Below, one piece after another: positions 31,565 to 40,778 of a DNA stretch of 64,000 nucleotides; position 1 is the first letter of the stretch, and the number at the start of each line of letters is the position of its first letter. The DNA lies in the NCBI GenBank assembly GCA_963721805.1, contig CAVRJY010000001.1, positions 1,056,001 through 1,120,000 on the forward strand. The letters are read 5' to 3'. This DNA comes from Nitrospirota bacterium (GTDB lineage: Bacteria; Nitrospirota; Thermodesulfovibrionia; Thermodesulfovibrionales; JdFR-86). Made by a program: the position numbers and the translations under genes. The notes beneath the pieces were generated by a model. It worked only from the letters and a program-made list of their open reading frames with translations. It was not told the DNA's origin and made no database searches.

Positions 31565-31742
31565 TGTATCGCAGAGATATGATTGAGGGTCTGTTCACCA
31601 TGGTATGTGTTCTACTATAAAATATAAGTGCACAATGCAGTCAAGGCGCGGGCCCTGGGGGCGTCGGGCGGACTCCGAACTTGACAATTCCGTATCTACT
31701 GAATATAATTAAGAAAATCGGGGGGCCGAAGGGGATTCGACT

Positions 31743-32021
31743 ATGACAAAGGCAGATCTCGTTGAGATAGTGTTTGAGAAAGTCGGGCTTTCCAAGAAGG
31801 AGGCCCACGACATTATCGAGATCATTTTCGATAGCGTCAAGGACTCTTTCAAGGCCGGAGAGTCTGTGAAGATACCCGGATTCGGCACCTTCAACGTCCG
31901 CAGCAAGCAGGCGCGGCGGGGCCGTAACCCTCAGACCGGTGAGGAGCTGGAGATAACGCCGAGGAGGGTGCTGACCTTCAAGGCCAGCAACCAGCTCAAG
32001 GCCGCGGTAGAGAAGAAGTAA
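31743..32021 (+). CDS. ihfA: Integration host factor alpha
   Basis: MTKADLVE, VKIPGFGTF, GRNPQTGE; upstream of merR and tRNA-Pro. Confidence 0.9.
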   Translation: MTKADLVEIVFEKVGLSKKEAHDIIEIIFDSVKDSFKAGESVKIPGFGTFNVRSKQARRGRNPQTGEELEITPRRVLTFKASNQLKAAVEKK

Positions 32022-32024
32022 GCG

Positions 32025-32408
32025 ATGCAGCGCGCTGCCTCGGACGAGAAAAGGGACAGGCAGCAGGGCCAGTTCCCTGACAAGCTCTTTTACAAGATCG
32101 GCGAAGTAAGCAGGCTCACCGGGGTCGAATCCTACGTGCTCCGATACTGGGAGACGGAGTTTCAGTTCCTGAGGCCCCGCAAGAGCAAGTCCGGGCAGCG
32201 CATTTACGTCAAGAAGGATCTCGAAGTGATCATGATGATAAAAGAGCTGCTCTACGGCGAGAGGCTCACGCTGGAGGGGGTCAGGCGCAGGCTCGGCGAA
32301 TCAGGCACGGCCCACCCGAGCAGACCGGAGACCGCCCCGGCCCCGGCCGCTGACCCGATTGAACGCGTAAAACAAAGGCTCCGTGATATACTAGCCCGGA
32401 TGTCCTGA
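32025..32408 (+). CDS. MerR-family transcriptional regulator
   Basis: PDKLFYKIGEVS...VLRYWETEF. Confidence 0.9.
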   Translation: MQRAASDEKRDRQQGQFPDKLFYKIGEVSRLTGVESYVLRYWETEFQFLRPRKSKSGQRIYVKKDLEVIMMIKELLYGERLTLEGVRRRLGESGTAHPSRPETAPAPAADPIERVKQRLRDILARMS

Positions 32409-32415
32409 TCAAGTA

Positions 32416-32493
32416 CGGGGCGTAGCGCAGCCTGGATAGCGCACTCGCTTGGGGTGCGAGAGGTCGACCGTTCGAATCGGTTCGCCCCGACCA
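32416..32493 (+). tRNA. tRNA-Pro(GGG)
   Basis: CGGGGCGTAGCGCAGCCTGG, CTCGCTT-GGG-GTGCGAG, ends in CCA. Confidence 0.95.
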
Positions 32494-32502
32494 TTGACAG
32501 AG

Positions 32503-32537
32503 AGAAGGGGTTGCGGTGACAAGCCGCAACCCCTTTT
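32503..32537 (+). terminator. Terminator after tRNA-Pro
   Basis: AAGGGGTTGCGG-loop-CCGCAACCCCTTTT. Confidence 0.85.
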
Positions 32538-32568
32538 GCTTGTCCGGCTGGATTTGTCCGGCCTTCGG

Positions 32569-32964
32569 TCAGGAATGATATTGTTCGTCGCTGACCTTCT
32601 CCAGCCAGTCGACGGCTTTGCCGTCAAGTTGCTCCTGGATGGCGATGTGCGTCATGGACGTCGTGGCTGCGGCGCCATGCCAGTGCTTCTCTCCGGGTGC
32701 GATCCAGACTACGTCACCCGGCCGGATTTCCTCGATCGGGCCGCCCCAGCGTTGTACCCGGCCGGCGCCGGCCGTCACGATCAGGGTCTGCCCCAACGGG
32801 TGGGAGTGCCATGCCGTGCGTGCGCCGGGCTCGAACGTGACCGCAGCCCCAAAGGCGCGCGTCGGCTCAGGCGGGTTAAACAGCGGATCGAGACGCACCG
32901 TGCCTGTAAACCAATCCTCCGGTCCCTTGATCGATGCCTGTGAGCCGCTTCGTTTTATCTCCAC
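32569..32964 (-). CDS. Cupin-domain protein
   Basis: [20 protein letters not shown]...[11 protein letters not shown] start with GGAGG RBS. Confidence 0.9.
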   Translation of the reverse strand: MEIKRSGSQASIKGPEDWFTGTVRLDPLFNPPEPTRAFGAAVTFEPGARTAWHSHPLGQTLIVTAGAGRVQRWGGPIEEIRPGDVVWIAPGEKHWHGAAATTSMTHIAIQEQLDGKAVDWLEKVSDEQYHS

Positions 32965-33041
32965 CGTAGCGCCTCCTCTGCTGTCAAATGGTACACCTGA
33001 AAAACAAGGCGCGCAAGGTCGGTTCGCCACGACGATACCAC

Positions 33042-33083
33042 AAATAAAAAGGGACGCGGCAGATGCCGCGTCCCTTTTTATTT
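33042..33083. terminator. Symmetric intrinsic terminator
   Basis: AAATAAAAAGGGACGCGGCA-GA-TGCCGCGTCCCTTTTTATTT. Confidence 0.9.
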
Positions 33084-33096
33084 AGCTTAAACTAAC

Positions 33097-34047
33097 TTAT
33101 ACGTCTGGCCCGCTGTAGAGGAGCTCCTCATAGAACTTCCCGAGGTCCGGAAGCTCAGGCATGTCCATGATCTTCATGCCGCTTCTGGGGTGCTCGTTCA
33201 GTATCCCGGTGATCATGTAAGGGATGTGGTAGCCCCACTCGATCTTCGCCTTAAGCGGTATGAACTGCTCCTGTATGATCTCGATTACCGGCTTGATGTC
33301 GAACTTCGGGTTCTGCAGGAAGGAGAGCAGCAGCTCGAGGGGGCAGTTGCCGGCGCCGCGGCCCATGCCGTATATCGTCGCGTCGAGGCGGTTGATGCCG
33401 CATATGACGGCCTCGATCGTGTTGGCGAAGGCGAGCTGCTGGTTGTTGTGGGTGTGGATGCCCACCTGCTTGCCCGGCAGCGCGGCGATGTATTTCCTGG
33501 CCAGGGCCGCGATCTGCTCGGAGTACAGCGAGCCGAAGCTGTCGACGAGGTAGATCGTCTCTACGTTGCTCTTCGAGAGGTCGTCGAGCGCCTCGTCGAG
33601 GTCCCGCTCGATGACCTTCGAGACCGCCATAAGGTTGATCGTCGTCTCGTAGCCCTTGTCCTGGCAGTGGTGGGCGAGGTCGATGGCCTTGTCTACCTGC
33701 TTAACGTAGCACGCGACCCTGATCATGTCCAGCGGGCTCTGGCTTTTGGGGCTGATGTCCTCGTGCTCGATGCGGCCTATGTCGGCCATGGCCGAGAGCT
33801 TCATCGTGGTATCGACGCCATCGACGATCGCCCTGATCTCGTCGTCCTTGCAGAACTTCCACTTGCCGTTCTCTACCCGCGAGAAGTACTTCTCGGAGCT
33901 CTTGTATCCGATCTCCATGTAGTCCACGCCGGCCTTCACAAGGCACAGGAAGACCTTTCTGACGAACTCGTCGCTGAACTGCCAGCCGTTTATCAGCCCG
34001 CCGTCGCGTACGGTGCAGTCTAAAACCTTGATCTCAGGCCTGTACAT
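33097..34047 (-). CDS. HMGL-like (DRE-TIM) aldolase catalytic-domain protein
   Basis: LDCTVRDGG, GIHTHNN, GMGRGAGN. Confidence 0.85.
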   Translation of the reverse strand: MYRPEIKVLDCTVRDGGLINGWQFSDEFVRKVFLCLVKAGVDYMEIGYKSSEKYFSRVENGKWKFCKDDEIRAIVDGVDTTMKLSAMADIGRIEHEDISPKSQSPLDMIRVACYVKQVDKAIDLAHHCQDKGYETTINLMAVSKVIERDLDEALDDLSKSNVETIYLVDSFGSLYSEQIAALARKYIAALPGKQVGIHTHNNQQLAFANTIEAVICGINRLDATIYGMGRGAGNCPLELLLSFLQNPKFDIKPVIEIIQEQFIPLKAKIEWGYHIPYMITGILNEHPRSGMKIMDMPELPDLGKFYEELLYSGPDV

Positions 34048-34075
34048 TTTCTCTGTGCCCTCCGGTATGTGTTAT

Positions 34076-34711
34076 TTATCTGTTGTCGGAATTCGGCGCA
34101 AGCCGCGCGAATTTGCTCGCAAGGTCACGGACCGCCTGCCAGTCGCCCGCCTTGACCAGCTCGCGGCGGATGATGGCCGACCCCACTATTATGCCAGAGA
34201 CTCCGGCCGCGAGGTAATCCCTGAAGTTCTCGGCCGTCACGCCGCCGCTCGGCATGTATTTGATGAAGGGCAGCGGACCCCTGATAGTCTTCAGGAACTT
34301 AAGCCCCCCCATCTCCACAAACGGGAACAGCTTTACGATGTCAGCACCGGCGCGGTGGGCGCGCAGTATCTCGGTAGGGCTTGCCGCGCCGGGTATCGAG
34401 ACCGCCCCGTTATCCTTCGTATATCTCACGATCTCCTCGTCGAGGTGGGGGCTTACGATGTACGCGGCCCCGGCCCGAAGCGCGAGTGCGGCGTCCGCTA
34501 TCGTAAGCACGGTACCGGCCCCGAGCGTCACGCCTTCCGTTGGGCTCAGGCGGCTTATCACCTCGTGCGCATCCGGCACCGAGAAAGTGATCTCGACAAG
34601 CTTCACCCCGCCCTCGATGCACGCGCGGGCGGCCATGTATGCCTCCTCGGGCGTATCGGTGCGGATGACCACGACGAGCTGGTGTTTCTCTATGTCCTCT
34701 ATGGTTCCCAT
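34076..34711 (-). CDS. eda: KDPG/KHG aldolase
   Basis: VEIT, GAGTVL, YIVSP, VKLFP, MPSGGV. Confidence 0.85.
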   Translation of the reverse strand: MGTIEDIEKHQLVVVIRTDTPEEAYMAARACIEGGVKLVEITFSVPDAHEVISRLSPTEGVTLGAGTVLTIADAALALRAGAAYIVSPHLDEEIVRYTKDNGAVSIPGAASPTEILRAHRAGADIVKLFPFVEMGGLKFLKTIRGPLPFIKYMPSGGVTAENFRDYLAAGVSGIIVGSAIIRRELVKAGDWQAVRDLASKFARLAPNSDNR

Positions 34712-34875
34712 ATCCGGTTGTCCCCGGCCGCGCATTAAAACTCGCCCGGCCGAACCGTTATTTTACCAGACCCGCAAACCAAAAAACCTCCTGCCCGTGG
34801 AGTTCTGATTCTTGCTGACGCTCCGGGATTATCGTGATACAATCGAATTATTAAGAGCCCGACAGGAGGAAATCT

Positions 34876-35301
34876 ATGAAGCGTAAAGGTTCGGCGGTAT
34901 GGAAGGGCGGGATAAAGGACGGAAGCGGTACGGTTTCGACCGAGAGCGGAGTGCTCAAGGACGTGCAGTATTCGTTCAGCTCGCGGTTTGAGGACGGCAA
35001 GGGCACGAACCCCGAGGAGCTGATCGCGGCCGCGCACGCCGGCTGCTTCGCGATGGCGCTCTCCGGCCAGCTGGGCGAGGTGGGCTTGACGGCAGCGAGC
35101 CTGAACGTCACCGCGACCGTCGAGATCGAGAAATCAGGCGGGGGATTCACGGTCACGGCCTCGCACCTGGACCTGAAGGCGAAGATCCCCGGCGCTGACC
35201 AGAATACATTCGAGAAGGCGGCGCTCGCGGCCAAGGAGGGCTGCCCGATCTCGAAGCTCCTTAACGCGAAGATCACGCTGGTGGCCAGGCTCGAGGATTA
35301 G
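34876..35301 (+). CDS. osmC: OsmC peroxiredoxin
   Basis: GTNPEELIAAAHAGCF...CPIS. Confidence 0.93.
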   Translation: MKRKGSAVWKGGIKDGSGTVSTESGVLKDVQYSFSSRFEDGKGTNPEELIAAAHAGCFAMALSGQLGEVGLTAASLNVTATVEIEKSGGGFTVTASHLDLKAKIPGADQNTFEKAALAAKEGCPISKLLNAKITLVARLED

Positions 35302-35394
35302 ATGACGTCTTAAAATCCGCCGCGCCTATCCTGCTCCCGGCAGGGCCGGATCCCTTTGCGCTGAAGGCGCTTCAGGGGGTATAATGCCCACTCG

Positions 35395-36741
35395 ATGAGA
35401 AAGAAGGTCATCGAGGAGTCGGTCCTCTTCGTAAGCATACTTAAGTGGGTCCTGCTCGCGTCTTGCGCGGGGGCGCTCGTAGGCGTATCGACCGCGATGT
35501 TCCTCAAACTCCTCGAATACGCCAACAGGCTGAACCCCGACAACAGGTTTTTCTATCTCATGCCAGCGGCTTTTTTCCTGAGCGTGGTCTTAATCAAATA
35601 CCTTGCCCCCGAGGCCGAGGGCCACGGCACCGAGAAGGTGATAGAGGCCGTGCACCGCAGGGCCGGGAAGATAAACCCCCTGGTCGTGCCTGTCAAGCTC
35701 GCGGCCACTATCGTCACGATAGCTACGGGCGGCTCGGCAGGCAAGGAAGGCCCTTGCGCCCAGATCGGCGCGGGCGTATCCTCGATCTTCGCCGACATAC
35801 TCAGGTTCGACGACCGCGACCGCAGGAAGCTGGTCATCTGCGGCATCAGCGCGGGGTTCGCGGCCGTATTCGGCACGCCGATCGCGGGCGCGCTCTTCGG
35901 GGTCGAGGTCCTGACGGTCGGCAGCCTTCTGTATGACGTGCTCCTGCCGTCGTTCATCTCGGGGATCGTCGGGTTCCAGGTAGCCTCGTCGCTCGGGATC
36001 ACCTATTTCCATTCGCAGATCAATTTCATCCCGGTCTTCACCAGCGGATTTTTCCTTAAGGTCTGCATAAGCGGCATCTTCTTCGGCCTGTGCTCTTTAC
36101 TGCTTATAGAATCCATGAAACTCGCCGAGAAGGGCGCGGCGCTGTTGCATATCTGGAAGCCCCTGAAGGGGATCGTCGGAGGCGCCGCCCTGGCGCTGCT
36201 GGTCCCGTTCGTATCGGCCAGCTATCTGGGGCTCGGGCTCGATACGATCAAGACCAGCCTCGAGGGCGGGGTGGTGCCGGGCGTAGCGTTTCTGATGAAG
36301 ATGGTCTTTACGTCGGTAACTCTCAGCTTCGGCGGAAGCGGCGGCATCGTGACGCCTATATTCTTCATCGGGGCCACCGCCGGGAGCGCCTTCGGCAGGA
36401 CGCTCGGGTTCGACCCCTCGGTGTTTGCCGCTATAGGGATGGTGAGCCTTCTGTCGGGGGCGGCCAATACGCCGATCTCCGCGAGCATCATGGCCGTGGA
36501 GCTGTTCGGCCCGGCCGTCGCCCCATATGCCGCCGTTGCGTGTATAATAAGCTTTCTAATGACCGGACATAGGAGCATATACCCCAGCCAGGTGCTGGCG
36601 ATGGCTAAATCATCCTCGCTCTCGGTCTCCAAAGGCAGGGAGATGAGACACCTCGACGAAGTGGATTACGAGGGGCGCGAGGGCAGCATGGTCTCTCGCG
36701 CAAAGAGGATTAACCCGTTCGGGAGGCATCCTCATGAGTGA
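35395..36741 (+). CDS. CLC-family chloride channel/antiporter
   Basis: GGSAGKEGP, AAVFGTPIAG, GGIVTP, ANTPI. Confidence 0.92.
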   Translation: MRKKVIEESVLFVSILKWVLLASCAGALVGVSTAMFLKLLEYANRLNPDNRFFYLMPAAFFLSVVLIKYLAPEAEGHGTEKVIEAVHRRAGKINPLVVPVKLAATIVTIATGGSAGKEGPCAQIGAGVSSIFADILRFDDRDRRKLVICGISAGFAAVFGTPIAGALFGVEVLTVGSLLYDVLLPSFISGIVGFQVASSLGITYFHSQINFIPVFTSGFFLKVCISGIFFGLCSLLLIESMKLAEKGAALLHIWKPLKGIVGGAALALLVPFVSASYLGLGLDTIKTSLEGGVVPGVAFLMKMVFTSVTLSFGGSGGIVTPIFFIGATAGSAFGRTLGFDPSVFAAIGMVSLLSGAANTPISASIMAVELFGPAVAPYAAVACIISFLMTGHRSIYPSQVLAMAKSSSLSVSKGREMRHLDEVDYEGREGSMVSRAKRINPFGRHPHE

Positions 36742-37168
36742 CAGCAGACAGCGCGGTATGATGCATCCGGGCCTCGCCCGGGCCGCGACCTCCCTGTTTC
36801 TGTGCTATTTCCTGGTATACGCGTTTTCTCCCCTCTCGGCCGCGTACTGCCAGGATTGTTCCTACGACACCCCGCACATATACATCCTTGAACTCGTACT
36901 AGGCGCGCTTAATCGACAGCCTGACACCGCTGGCCACGCGAGCGACGAGAGGGCCCTGCTCAGGAAGTTTCGCGCCCTCGCCGCGGGCGGCTCGGGCAGG
37001 GACAATATCGCCCAGCAGATGACCCATTCGGGAGTGGGCAGCCGCCCTATGCCCGAATCGATGCGCCGCTGCGCGCCAACCGAAGACGTCCGCATCGCGG
37101 CCTTTGCATTCGACGAGATTTATGCCGGACATTCGCCGCCCGAAGCAGCCCCCGCTGCACAGGCATGA
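36734..37168 (+). CDS. Hypothetical protein with an N-terminal hydrophobic segment
   Basis: Overlaps the CLC stop and fills the gap to pal; no recognised domain. Confidence 0.45.
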   Translation: MSDSRQRGMMHPGLARAATSLFLCYFLVYAFSPLSAAYCQDCSYDTPHIYILELVLGALNRQPDTAGHASDERALLRKFRALAAGGSGRDNIAQQMTHSGVGSRPMPESMRRCAPTEDVRIAAFAFDEIYAGHSPPEAAPAAQA

Positions 37169-37221
37169 GCCTGCCCCTTAGGGGCGGCGAATATCGATTT
37201 TATCGCAAGGGAGATACATCC

Positions 37222-37776
37222 ATGAAGGCTTCAGCGTTAATCATAACGATCCTGTTCGCGTTCGCTCTCGGATGCGCCCATAAAGAGACTGTCAAGCCGG
37301 CCGATACCTCCAAGGCCGCCTCCGCCACGGCAGCGCAGGCCAGCGCCACGGGCGCCGCTAATGCAGCGGCGGCAGCTAACAATGCCTCATCCAAGTCCGG
37401 AGCTTCGGCCGACCAGCAGGCGGCCGCGGCGCTCCAGGGCAAGCTCCACGACATCCACTTCGACTACAACAAGTCCGTTATACAGAACTCCGACAAGCCC
37501 GTGCTGAAGGACCTCGCCGCAACGCTGAAGGCCAAGAAGGCTCTGGGCGTCAGGGTCGAGGGCAACTGCGACGAACGCGGCACTACGGAATATAACCTCG
37601 CGCTCGGGGACCGCAGGGCGCGCGCCGCAAAGGACTTTCTGGTCGCGCAGGGCGTCCGGGCCAAGCGGATCAAGGCAGCGAGCAACGGCAAGGAAAAGCC
37701 GCTCTGTGCCGAGCATAACGAGGAGTGCTGGGCAAAAAACCGCCGCGACGCGTTCGTGCTTGCAGAGCATAAGTAA
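37222..37776 (+). CDS. pal: Peptidoglycan-associated lipoprotein (OmpA family)
   Basis: Lipobox ALGC, IHFDY, EGNCDERGTTEYNLALGDRRA, NRR. Confidence 0.9.
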   Translation: MKASALIITILFAFALGCAHKETVKPADTSKAASATAAQASATGAANAAAAANNASSKSGASADQQAAAALQGKLHDIHFDYNKSVIQNSDKPVLKDLAATLKAKKALGVRVEGNCDERGTTEYNLALGDRRARAAKDFLVAQGVRAKRIKAASNGKEKPLCAEHNEECWAKNRRDAFVLAEHK

Positions 37777-37789
37777 TTTTTGCGGATTC

Positions 37790-37827
37790 CGTGGGGCTCC
37801 CGGCTTATGCCGGGAGCCCCACGTTTA
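37790..37827 (+). terminator. Terminator after pal
   Basis: CGTGGGGCTCCCGGC-TTAT-GCCGGGAGCCCCACG-TTT. Confidence 0.8.
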
Positions 37828-37936
37828 TCTGCATCAGGCAGTAAATATTGACCGTTCATATGCATTCGAGTTACATTAATAAGTTCACTTCAAATATATA
37901 GGGGAGGATTTTGCATGCCCGGCGGGCCGTTTTAGT

Positions 37937-39583
37937 ATGAACTGCAGCGACAGATACAAACGGCTCATCGACCGCGGGCTCGTAAGCCCCGAGGAGCTCG
38001 GGAGGCTGTCTGAGGAATCACGCTCAAGCGGTGCGTGCATCGAGCAGGCCCTCCTCGACAGGGGGATACCGAAGCACGAGCTCCTGTTCAGCCTCGCGGA
38101 GTGCTACGGCCGCCCATTCGTTGAGTACGAGGAGTCCGTCGTCGTCTCGCATACGCTTGCGCGCACGCTGGACCTGCAGCGCCTCAAGCACGAGCTCTGG
38201 GTCCCGCTCTCGGCCGGGAAGGGCCGTGCCGAGGTCATCGCCTGCGACCCTTCCGACCCGCCGATGCTCGAGGAGATCCGGCGGCTGTTCCCCGGCGCAG
38301 AGGTCGATTTCTCGGTCGCGCTGCCGCGCGACATCGTGCGCATCATAGAGCACAACCAGGACCTGAACCCGAACTTCACGCCCACCGGGGGGCGCACCCC
38401 TTTGGCGAAGGTCAGGACGTTCCTCGCCGACAGGCGCTCGCTGATGTCGTGGTTTAGGACGTCGCTCGCCAAGGGCCGCACCGGGCTTGCGATGTTCCGC
38501 ACGGGCATATCGTTCACCGCGATTGCGCTGGCGCTGTTTCGGGTGTTCGGCTACGGGTGGCACAATATCATCGAGGCCGCGCTCATAGCCCTCGGCGCGG
38601 TGCTATTCTATGAGGGCGCCAAGTGGTATCACCCGGCGCGCAGCATCGGGAAGCAGGCCATAAGCTGCCGCGACACCGGAGCGACCGGGGGCACGACCGT
38701 GCTCGAACTGATCAATCCGGGCAACACCCCGGGCTTCGTCCGGTCTGCGCCGATCCCGGGCGCTGCCGGGCTCAGGGCCCTATGGGAGCGCCTCTCTCCG
38801 GTGATGCGCAGGAGGTTTCTGGCCTCGGACCGCACGGACTTCGCCGAGGAGCGCACGCTCCTGGCCTGCTACCGCACGGTGATGGCCAAGGCCCGCACCG
38901 GGCTTGCGTTCACGCGCTCCGGCATAGCGATGATCGGCCTCGGGGTCGCGTTTCTCCGCGCGTTTCCGGCTGGCGGGCCGTGGACGGTCTTTGACTTCGC
39001 GCTCATCACGGTAGGCCTTCTTATGACCGCCGAGGGGTTTTACTGGTATCTGCCGGGGCGCACCGCGGGCCGGACCTGCATGGTATTCATCAATGCGGCC
39101 GACTGCGCCCCATCGTTTTGGGACACTATCGTGCCGCCATCGCATAAGGGCGTGGACCTCGAGACGTTCCGCCACGGCCGCCCCCCGGTGCATGCCGGCC
39201 AGACGCCCGGGATATGGGCCACAACAGGCCACGCGCTCGAGCGCACGCTGCTTGCCGAGCGCAGAAACGTGATGGCCCGCCTGCGCACGGTCATGGCCCG
39301 CTCGCGCACCGGGCTCGCGCTGATCCGCACAGGGCTGAGCATCGCCTCGGTCGGCCTCGGCCTTCAGGTATATTTCGGCCTGGGCAACCCCTACTGGACC
39401 GCGTTTAACTCGGCCCTCATGATCACCGGACTCGTGTTTGCGGCAGACGGGCTTTACTGGCATGTCCCGGCCAACCGCATCCGCCGGCAGCTCCCCTACT
39501 GCTTCGGGGACATCGAGATCACGGTGCCGAATTACGGCGTTCCGTCCAACGAGTGGAAGAGGGCGGTCTTCAGGCATGGCTGA
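37937..39583 (+). CDS. Membrane protein: GspE/PilB N-terminal (MshEN-like) domain plus three DUF202-like repeats
   Basis: LIDRGLVSPEEL...LAECYGRPFV...WVPL...DP, then three (RTxLAxx)n plus 2-TM units. Confidence 0.75.
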   Translation: MNCSDRYKRLIDRGLVSPEELGRLSEESRSSGACIEQALLDRGIPKHELLFSLAECYGRPFVEYEESVVVSHTLARTLDLQRLKHELWVPLSAGKGRAEVIACDPSDPPMLEEIRRLFPGAEVDFSVALPRDIVRIIEHNQDLNPNFTPTGGRTPLAKVRTFLADRRSLMSWFRTSLAKGRTGLAMFRTGISFTAIALALFRVFGYGWHNIIEAALIALGAVLFYEGAKWYHPARSIGKQAISCRDTGATGGTTVLELINPGNTPGFVRSAPIPGAAGLRALWERLSPVMRRRFLASDRTDFAEERTLLACYRTVMAKARTGLAFTRSGIAMIGLGVAFLRAFPAGGPWTVFDFALITVGLLMTAEGFYWYLPGRTAGRTCMVFINAADCAPSFWDTIVPPSHKGVDLETFRHGRPPVHAGQTPGIWATTGHALERTLLAERRNVMARLRTVMARSRTGLALIRTGLSIASVGLGLQVYFGLGNPYWTAFNSALMITGLVFAADGLYWHVPANRIRRQLPYCFGDIEITVPNYGVPSNEWKRAVFRHG

Positions 39584-40769
39584 GATGGAGGCATACAGAA
39601 GCCTCGTCACATGGGGCGCGGTAAGCGAGGAGGCGCTCAGAGAGGCCGATATCGGTGCGAGGGCACGGGGCATAAGCCTCGAGCGCGCCATCATCACCGA
39701 ACTCGGCGTGCCCAAGCGCACGATCGTCAAGGCCCTGGCGATACACTACGGCGTCCCTTATGTCGAATACGACGAGCGCATCCCCGTGCCCCCGAAACTC
39801 ATCGCGCACCTCGAGGCCGACCGCCTCTCGTCGGACAACTGGTTTCCGTTTTCGGAGGAAGGCGGCTCCGCCGTCGCCGTCGCGGCAGCCGACCCGCTCG
39901 ACGAGGCCATGAGGCAGGAGGTCCGCGAGAGCTTCCCTGACGCCAGCGAGATAAGGTTTCACGTCGCGCTCGAAGAGGACATCCAGTGGTACATACTCGA
40001 CTTCATGCACGCCCGTCCCGGCAAACTCGTCGGGACCGAGCGCACGGGGCTCGCGTACTGGCGCAACACTATGGCCCACTGGCGGACGCGTATGGCCTGC
40101 TACCGCACGGACCTCGCTCTGGCGCGGACCTGGCTTGCCGCGATGCGCGGCGGGCTCGGGCTGGTCGTCATCACGGACGCCCTGATACGCGCTGGCAAGT
40201 TTTCTTCGCGCGGCCCGCTGCTTGCGCTTCTGGGCCTGGGCGCGCTGATGGCTCTCTACGGGATATGGCAGTACCTCAAGATCAGAAAGACAAGCCTTAC
40301 GCCCCCTGGGGACCAGACGCTGGTCGAGGTGACGACGGCGACGGTGCATTTTCTGGAGAACTACGACAGGCTCGAGCACGCGTACAGGCCGCCCCTGAAG
40401 GGCACGATGCTGCACCGGCTGGTCGATTTCATCGAGCCGTACTGCATGATCCTCTATCCGCACCCAGGCAGCGTCGAGCGCACCCACCTCGCGCGCGAAC
40501 GCAACGTGCTCGCCGCCCAGCGCACCATTGCAGGCTGCTACAGGACGCTATACGCCCGCGCCCGCACCGGCCTTTCGTTCATACGCTCGGGGGTCGCGTT
40601 CTCCGCGGCCGGGCTGAGCCTGCTGCACTACTTCAAGGTCTCGGCCTTCTCCGCGGTCGAGGCCTCGCTGTTCGTGATCGGGGTTTTCATGATAATTGAC
40701 GGTATACTATGGTATCTGCCCGCGCGGGGCGAGCAGTCCGAGCTTACGCGCTGCCCGATACCGGAGTGA
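39576..40769 (+). CDS. Paralogous membrane protein: MshEN-like domain plus two DUF202-like repeats
   Basis: ATG at 39576 overlaps the previous stop; LAIHYGVPYV...WFPF...AADP, then two (RTxLAxx)n plus 2-TM units. Confidence 0.75.
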   Translation: MAEMEAYRSLVTWGAVSEEALREADIGARARGISLERAIITELGVPKRTIVKALAIHYGVPYVEYDERIPVPPKLIAHLEADRLSSDNWFPFSEEGGSAVAVAAADPLDEAMRQEVRESFPDASEIRFHVALEEDIQWYILDFMHARPGKLVGTERTGLAYWRNTMAHWRTRMACYRTDLALARTWLAAMRGGLGLVVITDALIRAGKFSSRGPLLALLGLGALMALYGIWQYLKIRKTSLTPPGDQTLVEVTTATVHFLENYDRLEHAYRPPLKGTMLHRLVDFIEPYCMILYPHPGSVERTHLARERNVLAAQRTIAGCYRTLYARARTGLSFIRSGVAFSAAGLSLLHYFKVSAFSAVEASLFVIGVFMIIDGILWYLPARGEQSELTRCPIPE

Positions 40770-40778
40770 GACTATTTC

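Noticed and set aside
35300..35395. Fluoride riboswitch / CLC-F exporter
   Set aside because: No riboswitch consensus seen, the start looks leaderless, and the GNNLI/GREGT motifs are absent.
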